A stretch of DNA of 64,000 bases from Felis catus (GCF_018350175.1 NC_058368.1:174284001-174348000); one strand, 5' to 3'; numbered from the stretch's first letter, positions 49,746 through 62,596 are shown. The notes: generated by a model not told the origin, from the sequence alone. Translations and numbers: made by a program.

Positions 49746-50839
49746 AGGCATATAACAGAAATAAATATCACTTGTGAGTCTCTGTCACAGGTAACATTTT
49801 GGTATTCTTGGTTTCACCTGGATTTTAAGAGGGGCCATTTTGGTTGGGCTCTGAAGGATGAGTAGGAGTTTTCTGGGCCTATCAAAGATGGAAAGGCCAT
49901 TCCAGAGATAATGGCATGTCCATGTGGAAGTACGTGGACGTGGTTTGTGAAAGCTGATGGGAAAGGGACAGGAAGGCCAGAGGGAAAATGCCGACTTGGA
50001 CAGGCTGGCAGGGCCTCAACGGTCAGATCCAGGAACCAGAACTTTGTCAAAGGGCTTCAGGAGAGGGTGAGCCTGTTCAGACAGAGTGAGCCTGGAAGGG
50101 GGAACCCCGGCAGCAGGTGCCCATCAAGGCTCTGGTCCAAGTGGAACAGACGATGGTCTGAAACAGGGTTGTAGTGACGGGGACCGCAGAAGATACGCAA
50201 CCTCAAGGAGTAAGAAGCAAACCCAAAGACAGGTACCTTTTGATTGTTACTTCGCACAGAGACCATTACATCCTCTGTTGGGGAAGATGTGAAGAAAGGG
50301 GTCCTGTTGCTACAGTGGAAATTGGCATCACCTTTTTGGAGGACGGTCTGTTTACTGGCCATGTGATTTGGGGCAAGGGAGCCAACCTCTGTAGGCCTCA
50401 AGGTCACTGCATGAGAAATGAGGACAATAAGAGGATGTATCTTATAGACTTGATAAAAGACTTCAATGAAATAGTGAGCAAAATGTGCTTCTAATGCCTG
50501 GCACTTCAAAGTCAATGCTAAATGTAGTCAGCTTCTATCCTTATCGTCACCGCCATCACCATCAAAATTTGAAAAGGTCACAGCCTACGACCCAGCTAAT
50601 CTCACTTCTAGGAATTTCTCTTAAAGAAACAACAGTGTCAGGGGAATAGAAAACTACATACAGGGATATTCACCACAGCATTTTTTTTTTTTTAAATAGA
50701 AAAACCACAGAAATAATGGCACTGTCGATTGATTGGGGAAGGGTAAGTAAATTCTAGGAATTATTATTTCGAACTTCTGTAAAACTCCTAACAAGAATGA
50801 GGAAGACCTACCTTTGTCACCTTGAAAAATGTCCACAGT

Positions 50840-50955
50840 GGGGGCACCTGGCTGGCTCAGTCAGAAGCCCAGGTGATTCTTTTTGGTCTTTGGGTTGTGA
50901 GTTTGAGCCCCATATTGGGTGTAGAGATTACTTAAAGAAAGAGAAAATTTTTTTA
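50840..50955 (+). mobile_element. Short tRNA-derived Can-SINE in an old L1M fragment
   Basis: ggggcacctggctggctcagtcag..gttgtgagtttgagccccatattgggtgtagagattacttaaa; lacks the CT tract. Confidence 0.7.
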
Positions 50956-51034
50956 AAGTAAGAAAAATACCCACGGTATATTTTTAAGGGGAAAGAATGA
51001 GGTTGCATGTAATTTAATATGTATCCTAAGATTT

Positions 51035-51199
51035 CTTTGATTTTTATTTTTAAGTTTTGAGAGAAGAGAGAGCACGACCAGAGGAGGGGCAGAGGGAGAG
51101 AGGGAGGATCCCAAGCAGTCTCCACGCTCAGCGCAAAGCCCGACCCAGGGCTCAATCCCGTGACCCTGGGATCGTGACCTGAGCCAACCAGGCGCCCCC
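51035..51199 (-). mobile_element. Can-SINE with internal deletion
   Basis: Antisense body ending gagccaaccaggcgcccc. Confidence 0.8.
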
Positions 51200-52135
51200 T
51201 AAAATTTCATTTTTATAGACAAAGCCAAACCACACCCATTACAGGTGAGCATGCATGTTTGCATCCGCACATACGCGGTCTGGATACACACAGACCACAT
51301 GATTCTGCAGGTTTCCCTCGGAGATGCAGTGTTGGGAGCTGGGACTGGGAAACGCGAAGAGGGAAGCTATCACTTGATCCATTTCCGTGTTCTCTTAGTC
51401 TATTCTTCTAAGCATGTATTATTTTTGCAGTGCAACTTAAAGAGCTCTTTAGGCCGGAGAGGTTGAGGCTAGACGGAAGGCAGGGGGAGGGGGAGGAGAG
51501 CAACGCGGAGCCAGGGCGGTTGCTGGGATGGGAATGAACAGAGAAGCAGGTGCGTGCCCAGAACTGAGCACCTGCAGGGCTCCAGAAGCTTCATTCCTAC
51601 TAGAGTCTCTACAGAGACATCCTGTCCACAACCCACACGTTGCCGTCTTGGGGCCATCTACTGTTTGCATGCAACGCTCTTCCGGGGTCCTTTGCGCAGG
51701 CTGCTCCGAACGGAGTCTTAGTGGTGGGGTTTGGGGTCAGAGGCTGGCTCCGTCCCCTCCTTCGGGTGGCAGCCAGGCTGAGGGGAGGGCGGGCCCGGGC
51801 AGGACACGAGGCGCAGCTGCTGTACTGGCTCAGTTCTGCCTCTGCCACGTATTAGCTGGAAGCTCTCGGGCCGGGGCCTGAAATGTCACACTTGCATCTG
51901 TGAAGCGGTTATTTCACAGCGTGTCGTGAGATTCAGTGAGGTGGTGAAAAGGCAAAATAATTGCGCGGTGAACGTTAGCCATCTCCGTAAATGGGGGCTC
52001 ACTGGTGTTTGGGTGGATTTAAAGGATGACACACGTCCGTCCGCAGCGTTAGCTCAGCGGAGGACATTTATACACTGCGGTGCCTTAAAAGCCCCCCTGA
52101 GCACCCCCAAAGTCATTAAATTATTTGCAAGTAGT

Positions 52136-52254
52136 GGGGTGCCTGGGTGACTCAGTCAGTTAAGCATCTGACCTCGGCTCAGGTCACGATCTCACGATTT
52201 GTGAGTTAGAGTCCCGCATCGGGCTCTGCACTGACAGTGTGGAGCCTGCTTGGG

Positions 52255-52291
<37 letters not shown>

Positions 52292-52335
52292 CTCCTCAAC
52301 TGTCTCTCTCTCAAAATAAGTAAACTTAAAAAAAT
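52136..52335 (+). mobile_element. SINEC
   Basis: Head, (CT)n tract and A tail. Confidence 0.9.
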
Positions 52336-52366
52336 ATATATTTGAAAGTACCCTCGATCTCCAGAA

Positions 52367-52510
52367 CAGTGGTTCTCAACCCTGGCATGACCTGGGGAGC
52401 CTAAAATGCCAGTCCCCAGGCCACCGCCAGATACTGATGCAATTGGTTTGGATAACACCTGAGGCATGGGAACTGGGGAATGTTCCTCAGGTGGTTTTGG
52501 AAACCGGGCG
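52367..52510. mobile_element. MER5A-like MITE
   Basis: Starts cagtggttctcaacc; atgacctggggagcctaaaatgccagtccccagg. Confidence 0.6.
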
Positions 52511-53344
52511 TGAGAAACCCTACTCAGATGGGGCGCCCTCTTAATACCCAGCTGACTTTTACGGATGCATCTCCCCATGGCTGCCTCTCTCTGTGCCCAA
52601 ACCCTCTCTTTCCTACTCTCAACTCGCCGACTTCGAGCTGTGGTCCACGTTTCTCTGTCCTCTGCCTCTCCTTCCTCCCTCCACTTGACATTGTCAGGCT
52701 CTACCTGCAGCTTGGGATTCCTTCGTGTTTTTCCTCCACTGTCCAGATTTTGCCCTTGCAAAATGGGCACTCATTCTTCTGGCCAGAGGGAAACATCTGC
52801 TGTGTTCCTGTGCTTCCTGCATCTGTCCCCACCTGCACCCACCCCAGAAAGCGCCAGCTGATGGGACTCTGCCCGGGAATGGGGTCCCGGTACCACCCCA
52901 CCCCTTGCATTCTGAGCCAACATTGTTATTCGATCCGTGCCAGGAGGTTGCATCCTTTAGCATTTCAATACGGTGGCTGGTTTAGTCTCTATTTTTAGCT
53001 TTTTATTATGTTTTTCTTTTTTTTTTTTTTAAAGAAAAACTGCTCTCTGTGTTACCATCTTTCCTGGAGATTGCACATGATTAAAATACATTTCATTATA
53101 AACGGGAATAAGAGGGCAGAACGTGTTCTTGATTGCAATCGCACACGATGAAATGATTTCCTGGCCACTGGAAGCGAGCTGGGATGACCCCCCTGGACTA
53201 CTAATGTTTGCCAAGCTGACACCGTGACCATACTGGCAATGGCGTTTGTCTGGTTTTTCCATTCGAATGCTATTGCAGAAAAAATAAAAAGACCAGGGAA
53301 GGAAAGTCATGATTTGGGGTTCTCCGTTTACCTCTTTAAAAAAA

Positions 53345-53573
53345 ATTTTTTTTAACATTTATTTATTTTTGAGAGAGAGAGAGAGAGACAGGAGTATGAG
53401 CGGGAGAGGGGCAGAGAGAGAGAGAGAGAGAGAGAGAGACACAGAATGGGAAGCAGGATCCAGGCTCTGAGCTGTCAGCACAGAGCCCAACATGGGGCTC
53501 TAACCCATGAACTCTGAGATCATGACCTGAGCCGAAGTCAGAGGCTTATCCAACTTAGCCACCCAGGCGCCCC
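53345..53573 (-). mobile_element. SINEC
   Basis: Antisense body; TSD cgtttacctcttt. Confidence 0.93.
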
Positions 53574-54966
53574 AAGCGTTTACCTCTTTTAAGCTTCGCA
53601 AGACCAAAGAGTGGGTTTTACTGTCTCCATTTTACAGATGAGAAAACTAAGGCTCCGAGAGGGGAACTGGCTTTTCCCATATCGTGAAAATAGCAAGTGG
53701 CAGAGCTAGGATTTGACTACTGTTTCTCCCCTGCACAAAACCCTTCAGAATGAGCCCAGGCTTTCAGGATGAACATGATGCTCCTTCTCTGGGCACTGAA
53801 GGGATCTCACTACTCTACCCCACCTCCCCCATCCCCCACCCAGGAGCTGGCATCTTCCTGAGAGCGCTGGCCTTTGCACAGCGTATTTAGCCACCCTTTC
53901 TCCGCTCTCCAGGTCCTCCCATTGACTGTTCCCTCCAACCAGAAGCCCCCATTTTCTTCATCGCCCCTTTCTCTTCCCCATCAGTAATTCCTCCTCATCC
54001 TTCTGATGTCAGATGATGTACCATTCCCTAAAGTCCCGCCCCCCATTCCCAGCTCCCCTCCCGGAGCTCCATCCTCCTGGTGTCACTGGCCTGTGTCACA
54101 GCGCTGATGGCCCTGAGGGTACGCCCTGGGTCCGTCTACCATTGTTCTGTGTTCTGCCCCACCCCCACCCGCATCAGGTGCTTCCACGGATAGATCCTTC
54201 CCTGCCTGTCCTCCACCAAACCTGGCCATCTTTCCAGCTTGCCGCAGCTGGAGACATCGTCTTTCTCAAAGCGTCCTCTCCTCTCTTCCCGAGTTGGCCT
54301 CGGAAATTCAGAGATGCAAGTTCTCCTGCCACCACCGTCCCTTGCCTTGGGACACCTGCGGTCAGCTGCGGGGAGTGTGGGGGGCTCAGCCGCGCGATCT
54401 CGCAGGCAATGCTGCGCCCTAGTGGCGCCTCTTAGCGCTGCAGCTCCCTCCCACCGGAGCTCGGAGGAAACCAGGGGAGCCCGCTTGGGACTGGCAATGA
54501 TCCTATGAGGCAGATAAAGCCAAGGCATTATTCAGCAGCCTGGACTTGACGTTCTTCTGCTTATAAAAGGAATACAGATGCATTCCGGAAAGTATGTGAC
54601 ACGGAAAACTATAAAGAAAACAAGGATTGCCTGTAAACCCAGAGACACCAACTGTTCACCATTTTGGTGTAGATGCTTCTAATACGTCTTTTATACAGAT
54701 CCGTGCATTTATTATTAGAAAATTGGGGTTGTCCTACACAGAGGTTTTAAAAAATAGTATTTAATGTGTCCTGAATTCCGGAGCAGAAGTCTGAAAGAAG
54801 AGCATAAAGGAGAAAATTTAAAAATCACTTATAATCCCATCATCCAGAGATTGACTTTCTTCTCGACTTATTTATATTGGCGACAATGGACTGTTATTAA
54901 TCCATTTATCTATGTATCTTGCAAGAATCCCAATCAGAAAAATTTTTTTTTAAAGTTCCCAAGGGA

Positions 54967-55155
54967 GGGGCACCTGGGTGGCTCAGGCAGTTCAACGTCG
55001 GACTTCGGCTCTGGTCATGATCTGAGTTCGAGCCTCACATCACATTGGGCTGGCTGCTGTCAGCGAGGAGCGGGTTTCAGATCTTCTGTCCCCTTCTCTC
55101 TGCCCCTCCCGTACTTGTGGTCTCTCAAAAATAAATGAAACCTTAAAAAAAACTT
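54967..55155 (+). mobile_element. SINEC
   Basis: TSD aaagttcccaaggga on both sides. Confidence 0.9.
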
Positions 55156-55754
55156 AAAAGTTCCCAAGGGAAAACGTATTGTTATATTTTAGATTACCCT
55201 ACAGTAACTTTTTTTCCTGCCTAGTAATTTCTCTGGAAATACCCCTCAACCTCCCCCTTCCTCCAACCTCCGCCTGACCCTGCATCCATATGGCTCCCGT
55301 GGGAGTAGGCGGGCCTTCCAAGAACCTGAGTGTACTCATCTGTGGGATTAATTCTTAGAAGAGGAATTGCTTAAAACAGGGCATGTGCTTTTGTAAGTTT
55401 TCATAGATACCGCGGACTGTCTTGCAGGGAAATCATAGCAGGTTGCACACCCACCGGCGGTCATGGGAGTGCCTGTTTCTCAGCAGGATCCCCCACAGAC
55501 TGTTGTCAAACTTTCAGCCGCTGGGATCTGCACTTGAAGCTTAGCCACAAAGTGCTGAGGGCGTGTGCCCCGCGCCAGGCACCCGGCTAGTGTTGTCTCT
55601 TTATGGACACTCCCCGAATTCTCACAAGTAGCCCGTGAGGGAAGCGGTGTTATTTTCTTGCTACAGAGGAGGACACTGAGGTTCAGACTGCTTAGCCTGC
55701 CTCAAATCACGGAACGGAGCTGAATTCGACCTCAGCCTTTCATCCTAACAACAC

Positions 55755-55935
55755 TGCGGTGGTTCATTAACGTTGGATGCATCAGAATCGCCCGGGGGGA
55801 GGCTTGTTCAAAGCTGGCTGTGCCCCACCTTCAGACTTTCTGATTCAGTACTTACGGAAAGGGCCTGAGAACATGCATTTCTAGTTCCCAGTGTCGCCGC
55901 TGCTGGTCCAGGGAATGCATTTTAAGAACCGTCGC
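55755..55935. mobile_element. MER5A-like MITE
   Basis: tgcatcagaatcgccc..tttctgattcagta..gggcctgagaacatgcatttcta..gctgctggtccaggga..ttaagaacc. Confidence 0.7.
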
Positions 55936-56005
55936 TCCTGATTCTTATTTTAATCTGGGACTTTATCTGGAAATGACCTCGCAGACCTACATGTTCCACA
56001 AACCT

Positions 56006-56050
56006 TGTGTGTGTGTGTGTGTGTGTGTGTGTCTGTCTGTCTGTCTGTCT
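56006..56050. repeat. (TG)n(TCTG)n microsatellite
   Basis: Directly visible. Confidence 0.9.
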
Positions 56051-56389
56051 ATGGGAATGTGAATAATCTTTCATAGTTCTTTGAATGAACCAAGTTAGGT
56101 TTGTGGCCAGTCATCCCACTTCTCCAAGTCTGTTTTCCCACCTTTGAATGGAGATGAAACCTTTGGGCGAAATTATAAGGAGTGATATACGCAAAAAAAA
56201 AAAAAAAAAAAAAGCGTGCAACCACTTGGAATATCATAAAATGCTATTCCAAAGTCCGTTATAATTATTCCTATTAATGGAGAAGCTGTGAAATACAGTG
56301 GGAACTACTTGAGATTGACAGGCCTGGATTGAGATGGTGGCTGGGCCACTGTGTGACACTAGACAAGTTAGTGCACTTTGAGCCTCAAA

Positions 56390-56600
56390 TTGTTTTTTTT
56401 AAAAGTTTATTTTGAGAGACAGAGCGCGCGCGCATGTGTGCATGAGCAGGAAAGGGGCAGAGAGAGAGGGAGAGAGAATCCCAAACAGGCTCTATTCTGT
56501 CAGCACGGAGCATGGGGCTCGATCCCACGACCCCGAGTTCATGACCTGAGCCCAAATCAAGAGTCGGACGCTTACCCGGCTGAGCCACTCAGGTACTCCT
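56390..56600 (-). mobile_element. SINEC inserted in a MIR
   Basis: Antisense body; the MIR core (tttgagcctca..ctttaaagagatgggga) is split around it. Confidence 0.85.
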
Positions 56601-57254
56601 TCTCTTTAAAGAGATGGGGATATGATGGGCTCCTTGAGGATTAAATGTGCATCGTCCCAAGTGTCCTTTCTGCTCCAGAGGCTTTAGGGGCAGTGATGTC
56701 CTCAGTGACAACGGAATGCTCCTTTGTCAAAGGAATGCAGCTTGGTTGCTGGCAGCCATTTCCCCTCTCAATTTCCAGGGACGATGTTTGTTTCGGGCTC
56801 TAGCCCCAGAAAATCGTACTCCACTCCTGACACATCCTGGTGATGACACAAAATGGATTCTTTTCTGCAAGGAAATGGGACGCCGCGTTTTCAGATTCCT
56901 GGAAAGAGCCCAGTTTGCACCCAGTGATCACACGGATCCTTGCCTGGTACCGGTTGTTCTAGGTGCTGGAGATACGGCAGTGGACAAAACAGAAATCCCT
57001 GCTCTCATAAGCCTATTGATACTGGTTTCCTAAGTACGTCAACACTGAGCCTTGAACTTTCTGGGAATCTGGTGGGGGCCAAAATATGCCAACTCATGGA
57101 AAATTGTAGGTTGATCTGAAATTGACGCAAGGACACTCAGATCTCAGGGAACACCAAGAGGTTCGGCTACAGCCAGAACTTGTCGAGCTGTCCCTGGGGC
57201 TCCTGTTATCTTGCAGGTTCTGGTTTGGGAGGTCTGGAGTGGGACCTGAGAAGT

Positions 57255-57564
57255 TTCCTTCCTTCCTTCCTTCCTTCCTTCCTTCCTTCCTTCCTTCCTT
57301 CCCTCCCTCCCTCCCTCCTTCCTTCCTTCCTTTCTAGTGTTTGAGAAAGTGAGAGCGAGAGAGAGCGAGAGAGAGCGAGAGAGAGAGAGAGAGAAGGTGT
57401 GTGGGGGGGAGAGGAAGAGAGAAAGGGAGGCACAAAATCCAAAGCAGGGTCCAGGCTCCGAGCTGGTAGCACAGAGCCCGACGTGGGGATTGAACTCGTG
57501 AACCAAGGGGTCATGACCTGAGCAGAAGTCAGACGCTTAACCAACTGAGCCACCCAGGCGCCCC
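57255..57564 (-). mobile_element. SINEC with (TTCC)n tail inserted in a MER5A
   Basis: Antisense body with (ttcc)n at 57255-57333; MER5A resumes gagaacttgcatttctaaca. Confidence 0.88.
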
Positions 57565-58412
57565 GAGAACTTGCATTTCTAACACACTTGGACATTCTGG
57601 CCTATGGACCACACTTTGAATATCTACATTTTAAGTGACATCTTATATTCATCACAACAAACATGACCTTATTTTTCTTCAGCTTTCAGTAAAATTCTGC
57701 ATATGCAAAACAAAAACAAAAACCAAAACCTAATTTTGAGTATTCCAGTGGTTTACTTTCTCAGACAGGGCTGGAAGTCTGGGTGTCTGATCTTGGCGGC
57801 CACCGCAGTTTTCTAGTGACCAGGAGCAGCCCTGGGCATGCGCTTCACCATTGGAAGCCCCACTTTTCTCATCTGCGAGCACAGACTTTTCCTACCTTGG
57901 TCTCGTTTAGGCAAAACCTTGTTAGACATTTGACAGGATGGATCCAAGGGTCTCCGTTTGACCATTTTAACCTGGGAATTGTAGTTAGGCTGGGGGTTAT
58001 CCCTGGGAAGGTGGCTGGGGTTCTAAAATCTTACCATTAATACCGAGGAACTGGTATTCTCCGTGTCTCTAGAACTCATAAATATACCACGGGCAGCCAT
58101 TCATTGAATGTTTACGAGGTGCCGGGCGATACGCGAATTGCTGTACGGGGACGGTCTTGCTCATGTTTACAACTCTATGAAGTAGCTTCAATTATTTTCT
58201 CCACATAACCAAAGCGAACAAAGGAAACTGAAGGTCACGGAGAACGTCAGCTGCCCAAACACATCGACTGCCACAGTGGGTACGACCAAGATTCTACCCG
58301 CTGTGACTTCTGGACCCACGTTCTTGAGTATAATTTAATCTAAGTGATGGACGGAGGGACGGTAGCAGAACAGATGCAGAGACGTGAACGACAAGGTTAC
58401 AATGCGCAATCT

Positions 58413-58854
58413 TTTATTAAGTCTGTTAATAAGGCGCTCCCCAATCTTGGGTTAACTTAGATTTTCTCCCTGAACGACAGAAAATGCTAGTTCCACATTA
58501 GCAGCTGACAAACAGTATGAAAGCAAATTCACCTCACCAACCATGTGCAGTGGGACACCCCCCCCCCCAACCCCCCCGTGCTCATAACAAACGTTCCTGG
58601 AATGACACCACGGGGCGGGGGGCAGAGGGTGGGTGCCCGGCGCATATGGTGTTCGAGAAGGTGGAAGACTGGTAGCCCCACACAGGAAAACATTTCCTGC
58701 CAAAGGCACCACAGAAAACTGTTTCCTCATTAGGAGTTCCTGATGGTAGCCAGATGTTAAGTCTGAACGAAAGTACCATCGACTGTAACACAAAAACCGC
58801 ATCGCCCTTTACATACAAATAAGAGAGAGAATTTATTTTCAGTCTGAGTTTATT
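58413..58854 (-). terminator. Candidate polyadenylation signals of the minus-strand gene
   Basis: Minus-strand AATAAA at 58849-58854 and 58832-58837, followed by U/GU-rich sequence (58790-58830); a further AATAAA at 58413-58418. Confidence 0.6.
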
Positions 58855-60904
58855 TAACATTTCATCCAGTTGAACGGAAATAATACATTGACTCCAACAC
58901 TGGCAAAGACACCGCGCTAATACTGAAGTAATAAGATCTGCCAGTCAGTAATACGTACAATCATAATTATCACGTGACTAGAAATATGAACAACCATTTA
59001 CCTTTATAAGCTCATTGCACTTCATGTGGACTTTTCTCCAGAAAAGATATTTCTAAGAGATCAGCGAAATTGCCAATCTTGGTTCATTTGTTCCTTTTTA
59101 TAAACCACGATTAAATGATACAGTTAATATTTCTATATAAAAGCATCAGGGGTTGGAAGCCTCAGTAAGTGTTTAAAAAGACACATCTCCATGTTCATTA
59201 TCCCTTCTACAACAGTGCTTTGGTCCTACCTTCCTGGTGCGTACAAAATTTTGGTTAGTTCATCAAGCGTCAAGCCAGTTGCTAGCTGATTTCTCAATGA
59301 AGGTTAGGATTCTGAAAGGGACCTAACAGTTAATGGGGGAGGGGACGGTGAGAATTCTGAGATTAGCTGGGGCAGGTGGGGTTGGCGTCAAGCGCTTAGT
59401 TAGGTTACAAACCACCCTTTCAGCACCTCATGGAGATCTGCCTTCAATTTCAGGCTCTTACCGCTACTTAAAGAGAAGCATCTACGGCAACAAAATACAT
59501 CAGAATGTCATGGGGAACCAATTTGCCTCAAATGGTTTAAGACAGAAAATCTCAAAGAGAAAATTCTGGTGGCACAAAGGAAGGCTCGAGGTGCCCCCAA
59601 GCTTCCGATCCATAATCCTTTCAGAGAAAAAGAGAAACACGGACACAAGGCACACCATTTTTTCTTTATGAGGAAATACAGACTGGTCACATCGTCGGGA
59701 AAAATCTGTCGAAACTAGCTTCTACATTCCCCCTCCCCCCCACTTACAAGTCTCTGAATTACAAGTGAACTGAGTGGTCTTCACTCAACAGAACAACCAC
59801 CTAGCATATGCCTGGAACATCTACAGACGTGAAACATAACCTGTTACGTTAAAAACAGGTGAAGCTACTACAGATGATGTAAACACTGGCCCATGGATTC
59901 GTTATTTTCAAACAGGGTAGAATGCAATAGACAATATTCAAGGAAAATTCATTTAGTCACTGATTCACATACACAACATTTCCGCATCTTTCTGAAAGCC
60001 AAGGAGATCTAGAAGAATGACCAGCACATGTAGCTAGCTGGAGCTGGGCTCTCACTCCTAAAGAGTCAAACAAACCAGATCCAACCCAGTCACACGGCAC
60101 TGGTATTGAATATACTTCCAAAATCCGACATGTGGAACATTTCTGTGATTTGATTATTTGGTGTAAATAACCGAATCTAAGGTCAACAAGTGCGAGGTAA
60201 GAGGAACTTCGTAAGAATGTAAACCAGAATAAATTTAGAAGTCAACCAAAGAAATCCCCCAGCAATGTGAATGCACAGAATCGTGGCCGGCAGGAACAGC
60301 TCACTGCACTGGTCTATTACCGTGCCTTCTGGGAAGTACATGGGGGAGCTTTCAATCCTACAAATCCACAAGAGATGTCACTTAGTTGGGGTTGCCCACT
60401 GCCCAGACTGGAAGCAAACTTCCCTTAATGTTTATGAGTCCAGTTTTTTACAGCTTAGCCTCAGAGCTTTGTGTTTTCCCAAATCACTGCCGAGTGATTT
60501 GAAACAAGAACAGGATAAACATTCAGTATTTCAAACAGATTTCCTTTTCGCTCACTGATAATCAGTAAGTATTTATTGAGTATATACTGAACATCTACTC
60601 TATGCCTAACAGTGCTTTTTAAAACTCTGGGGGAGGGCTGGTATATTGTCTTTGAAAAACAATTACTATAAAAGCTACAGGAAGGGTATTTTTGTAAATT
60701 ACACCGTGATTCAAATGTAAGGGAGCCAACGGGTGTCGGGCGCCAGGCCCACACCAGGTGCTGTGCTGTAGGTGGCAGCTTGACTCTAAAAGGCTAATGT
60801 GGATCTTGAAAAGGTTTCTGTCACTGGGAGAACCCGGGCTGAACAGGCTTCTCCTCACCAGGTCTGCAGCAGGCGGGACAAGCTGTAGAGTTTCTTCCCT
60901 TATT
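58815..60904 (-). other. 3'UTR of the minus-strand gene (~2.1 kb, possibly extending to ~58390)
   Basis: SINE-free stretch, U-rich on the minus strand, running from the stop codon to paired AATAAA signals. Confidence 0.65.
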
Positions 60905-61001
60905 TTATAATCCCTTGTTAAAGTACACGCGCCGTAACTCAGGATAGGTCTCTCGGATCTTGGCTTGCAGCTCAGCCTCCAAGCTCGTCACAGACATGGA
61001 A
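60905..61001 (-). CDS. Terminal coding exon of an unidentified protein-coding gene (..SMSVTSLEAELQAKIRETYPELRRVYFNKGL*)
   Basis: Minus-strand acceptor taataatcctgtcatttctccgttatcccAG (AG at 61002-61003), then 1+96 nt of open frame to TAA (60905-60907), a protein-like sequence, and a long repeat-poor UTR downstream. I do not recognise the gene. Confidence 0.75.
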
Positions 61002-61247
61002 CTGGGATAACGGAGAAATGACAGGATTATTACATGGGCAGAGCAGGGAACTAGAATCTGCAGACGGCAGAGAAGGGACCTTTCCGTGCCACCCCTTACC
61101 CCCCCGCCCCGCCATGACTGGTATTGTAAAACAGGGTCCTGTTTGAAAAATGCTTCCTGGGCCCTGAAAGTGAGCGTCCAGTTCCTTTTAGACAATTAGT
61201 TGTTGCTAAAAATCCAAGAAATACACTTAAGAACCCAACAATTCTTA

Positions 61248-61500
61248 GTTTTTTTAATGTTTATTTATGTTTTGAGAGAGAGAGAGATGGAGAGAGTGAG
61301 TCCTGGAGGGGCAGAGAGAGAGAGAGAAAGAAAGAGAGAGTGAGAGAGAGAGAGAGGGAGAGAGAGAGAGAGAATCCCAAGAAGACTCCATGCCTTCAGC
61401 GTAGAGCCCAATGTGGGGCTAGATCCCATGAACCATGAGATCATGACCTGAGCCAAAATCAAGAGTCAGATGCCTAACTGACTGAGCCACACAGGAGCCC
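61248..61500 (-). mobile_element. SINEC (intronic)
   Basis: TSD taagaacccaacaat. Confidence 0.92.
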
Positions 61501-61660
61501 TAAGAACCCAACAATCATTAAAGCTTACAAACTTCTTCGCTGGGAAAAATAAGCAACACCACTTCCAGACCCTGCTGGTATTGGGAAACGTGGTAATGCC
61601 ACTGCCCGAAGAGAACAATCTAATGTTCACCATTAATTAAAAAGACACGTATTTAGTGGA

Positions 61661-61870
61661 TTTTTTTTTAATGTTTATTTATTTTTGAGAGACAAAGAGA
61701 GAGCATGAGCAGGGGAAAAGCAGAGAGAGAGGGAGACACAGAATCTGAAGCAGACTCCAGGCTCTGAGCTGTCAGCACAGAGCGAGATGCAGGGCTCGAA
61801 CTCATGAACTGTGAGGTCATGACCTGAGCTGAAGTTGGACGCTTCATTGACTGAGCCACCCAGGCACTCT
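61661..61870 (-). mobile_element. SINEC (intronic)
   Basis: TSD atttagtgga. Confidence 0.92.
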
Positions 61871-61975
61871 GATTTAGTGGAATTTGTAACACTAACAATT
61901 CATTGGCACTAATATGCTTTTGTCCATTGTATAGTAATACATGCTTATTGTAAAACTTTTAGAAAACACTAAAAT

Positions 61976-62175
61976 GGGGGTGACTGGGTGGCTCAGTCAG
62001 TTGAACATTCGACTTCAGCTCAGGACATGATCTCAGTTCATGAGTTCGAGCCCTGAATCAGGCTCGCTGCTGTTAGTATGGAGCCTGCTTTGGATCCTCT
62101 GTGCCCCTTCTCTCTCTGCCCCTTCCCTGCTCATGTTCTTTCTCTCAAAAATAAATAAACATTACAAAAAAAGAA
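61976..62175 (+). mobile_element. SINEC (intronic, antisense to the gene)
   Basis: Head gggggtgactgggtggctcag and A tail; flanks agaaaaYactaaaa. Confidence 0.9.
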
Positions 62176-62404
62176 AATACTAAAAATTGCAAGAGACAAA
62201 CATCACTCACAGTCACACACCACTGAGAGATAACCTGTTAGTCTTTGATGAATTTTTAAAAAGTACTTGAATGTATTATATGCGTATGTATATTAAAGCT
62301 TTTTTTGTTATAAATGCATATTTATTATACAAAAGTACAAAGAAAAATTGTCCAGAATACTTACTACAGAAAACCCGGTAATATTTTGATACGTAATTAA
62401 TCTT

Positions 62405-62596
62405 TTACTTTTAAATGTTTATTTCTTTATTTTGAGAGAGAGAAAGAGAAAGCATGCGCTGGTGAGGTACAGAGAGAGGGAGAGAGAGTCCCAAACAGGT
62501 TCCGAGCTGTCAGAGCAGAGCCTGACCTGGGACTCGATCTCACGAACTGAGCTGAAATCAAGAGTCAACGCTTAACCAACTGAGCCACCCAGTCGC
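62405..62596 (-). mobile_element. SINEC (intronic)
   Basis: Antisense body with an internal deletion. Confidence 0.85.

Noticed and set aside
54412..54430. Possible CTCF site gcgccctagtggcgcc
   Set aside because: The spacing does not fit the core consensus and it cannot be supported without a matrix scan.
61002..61195. N-terminal part of the 96-aa ORF 60905..61195 as coding sequence
   Set aside because: It has a non-ATG start and runs through a branch point, pyrimidine tract and AG, so it is better explained as intron upstream of the acceptor.
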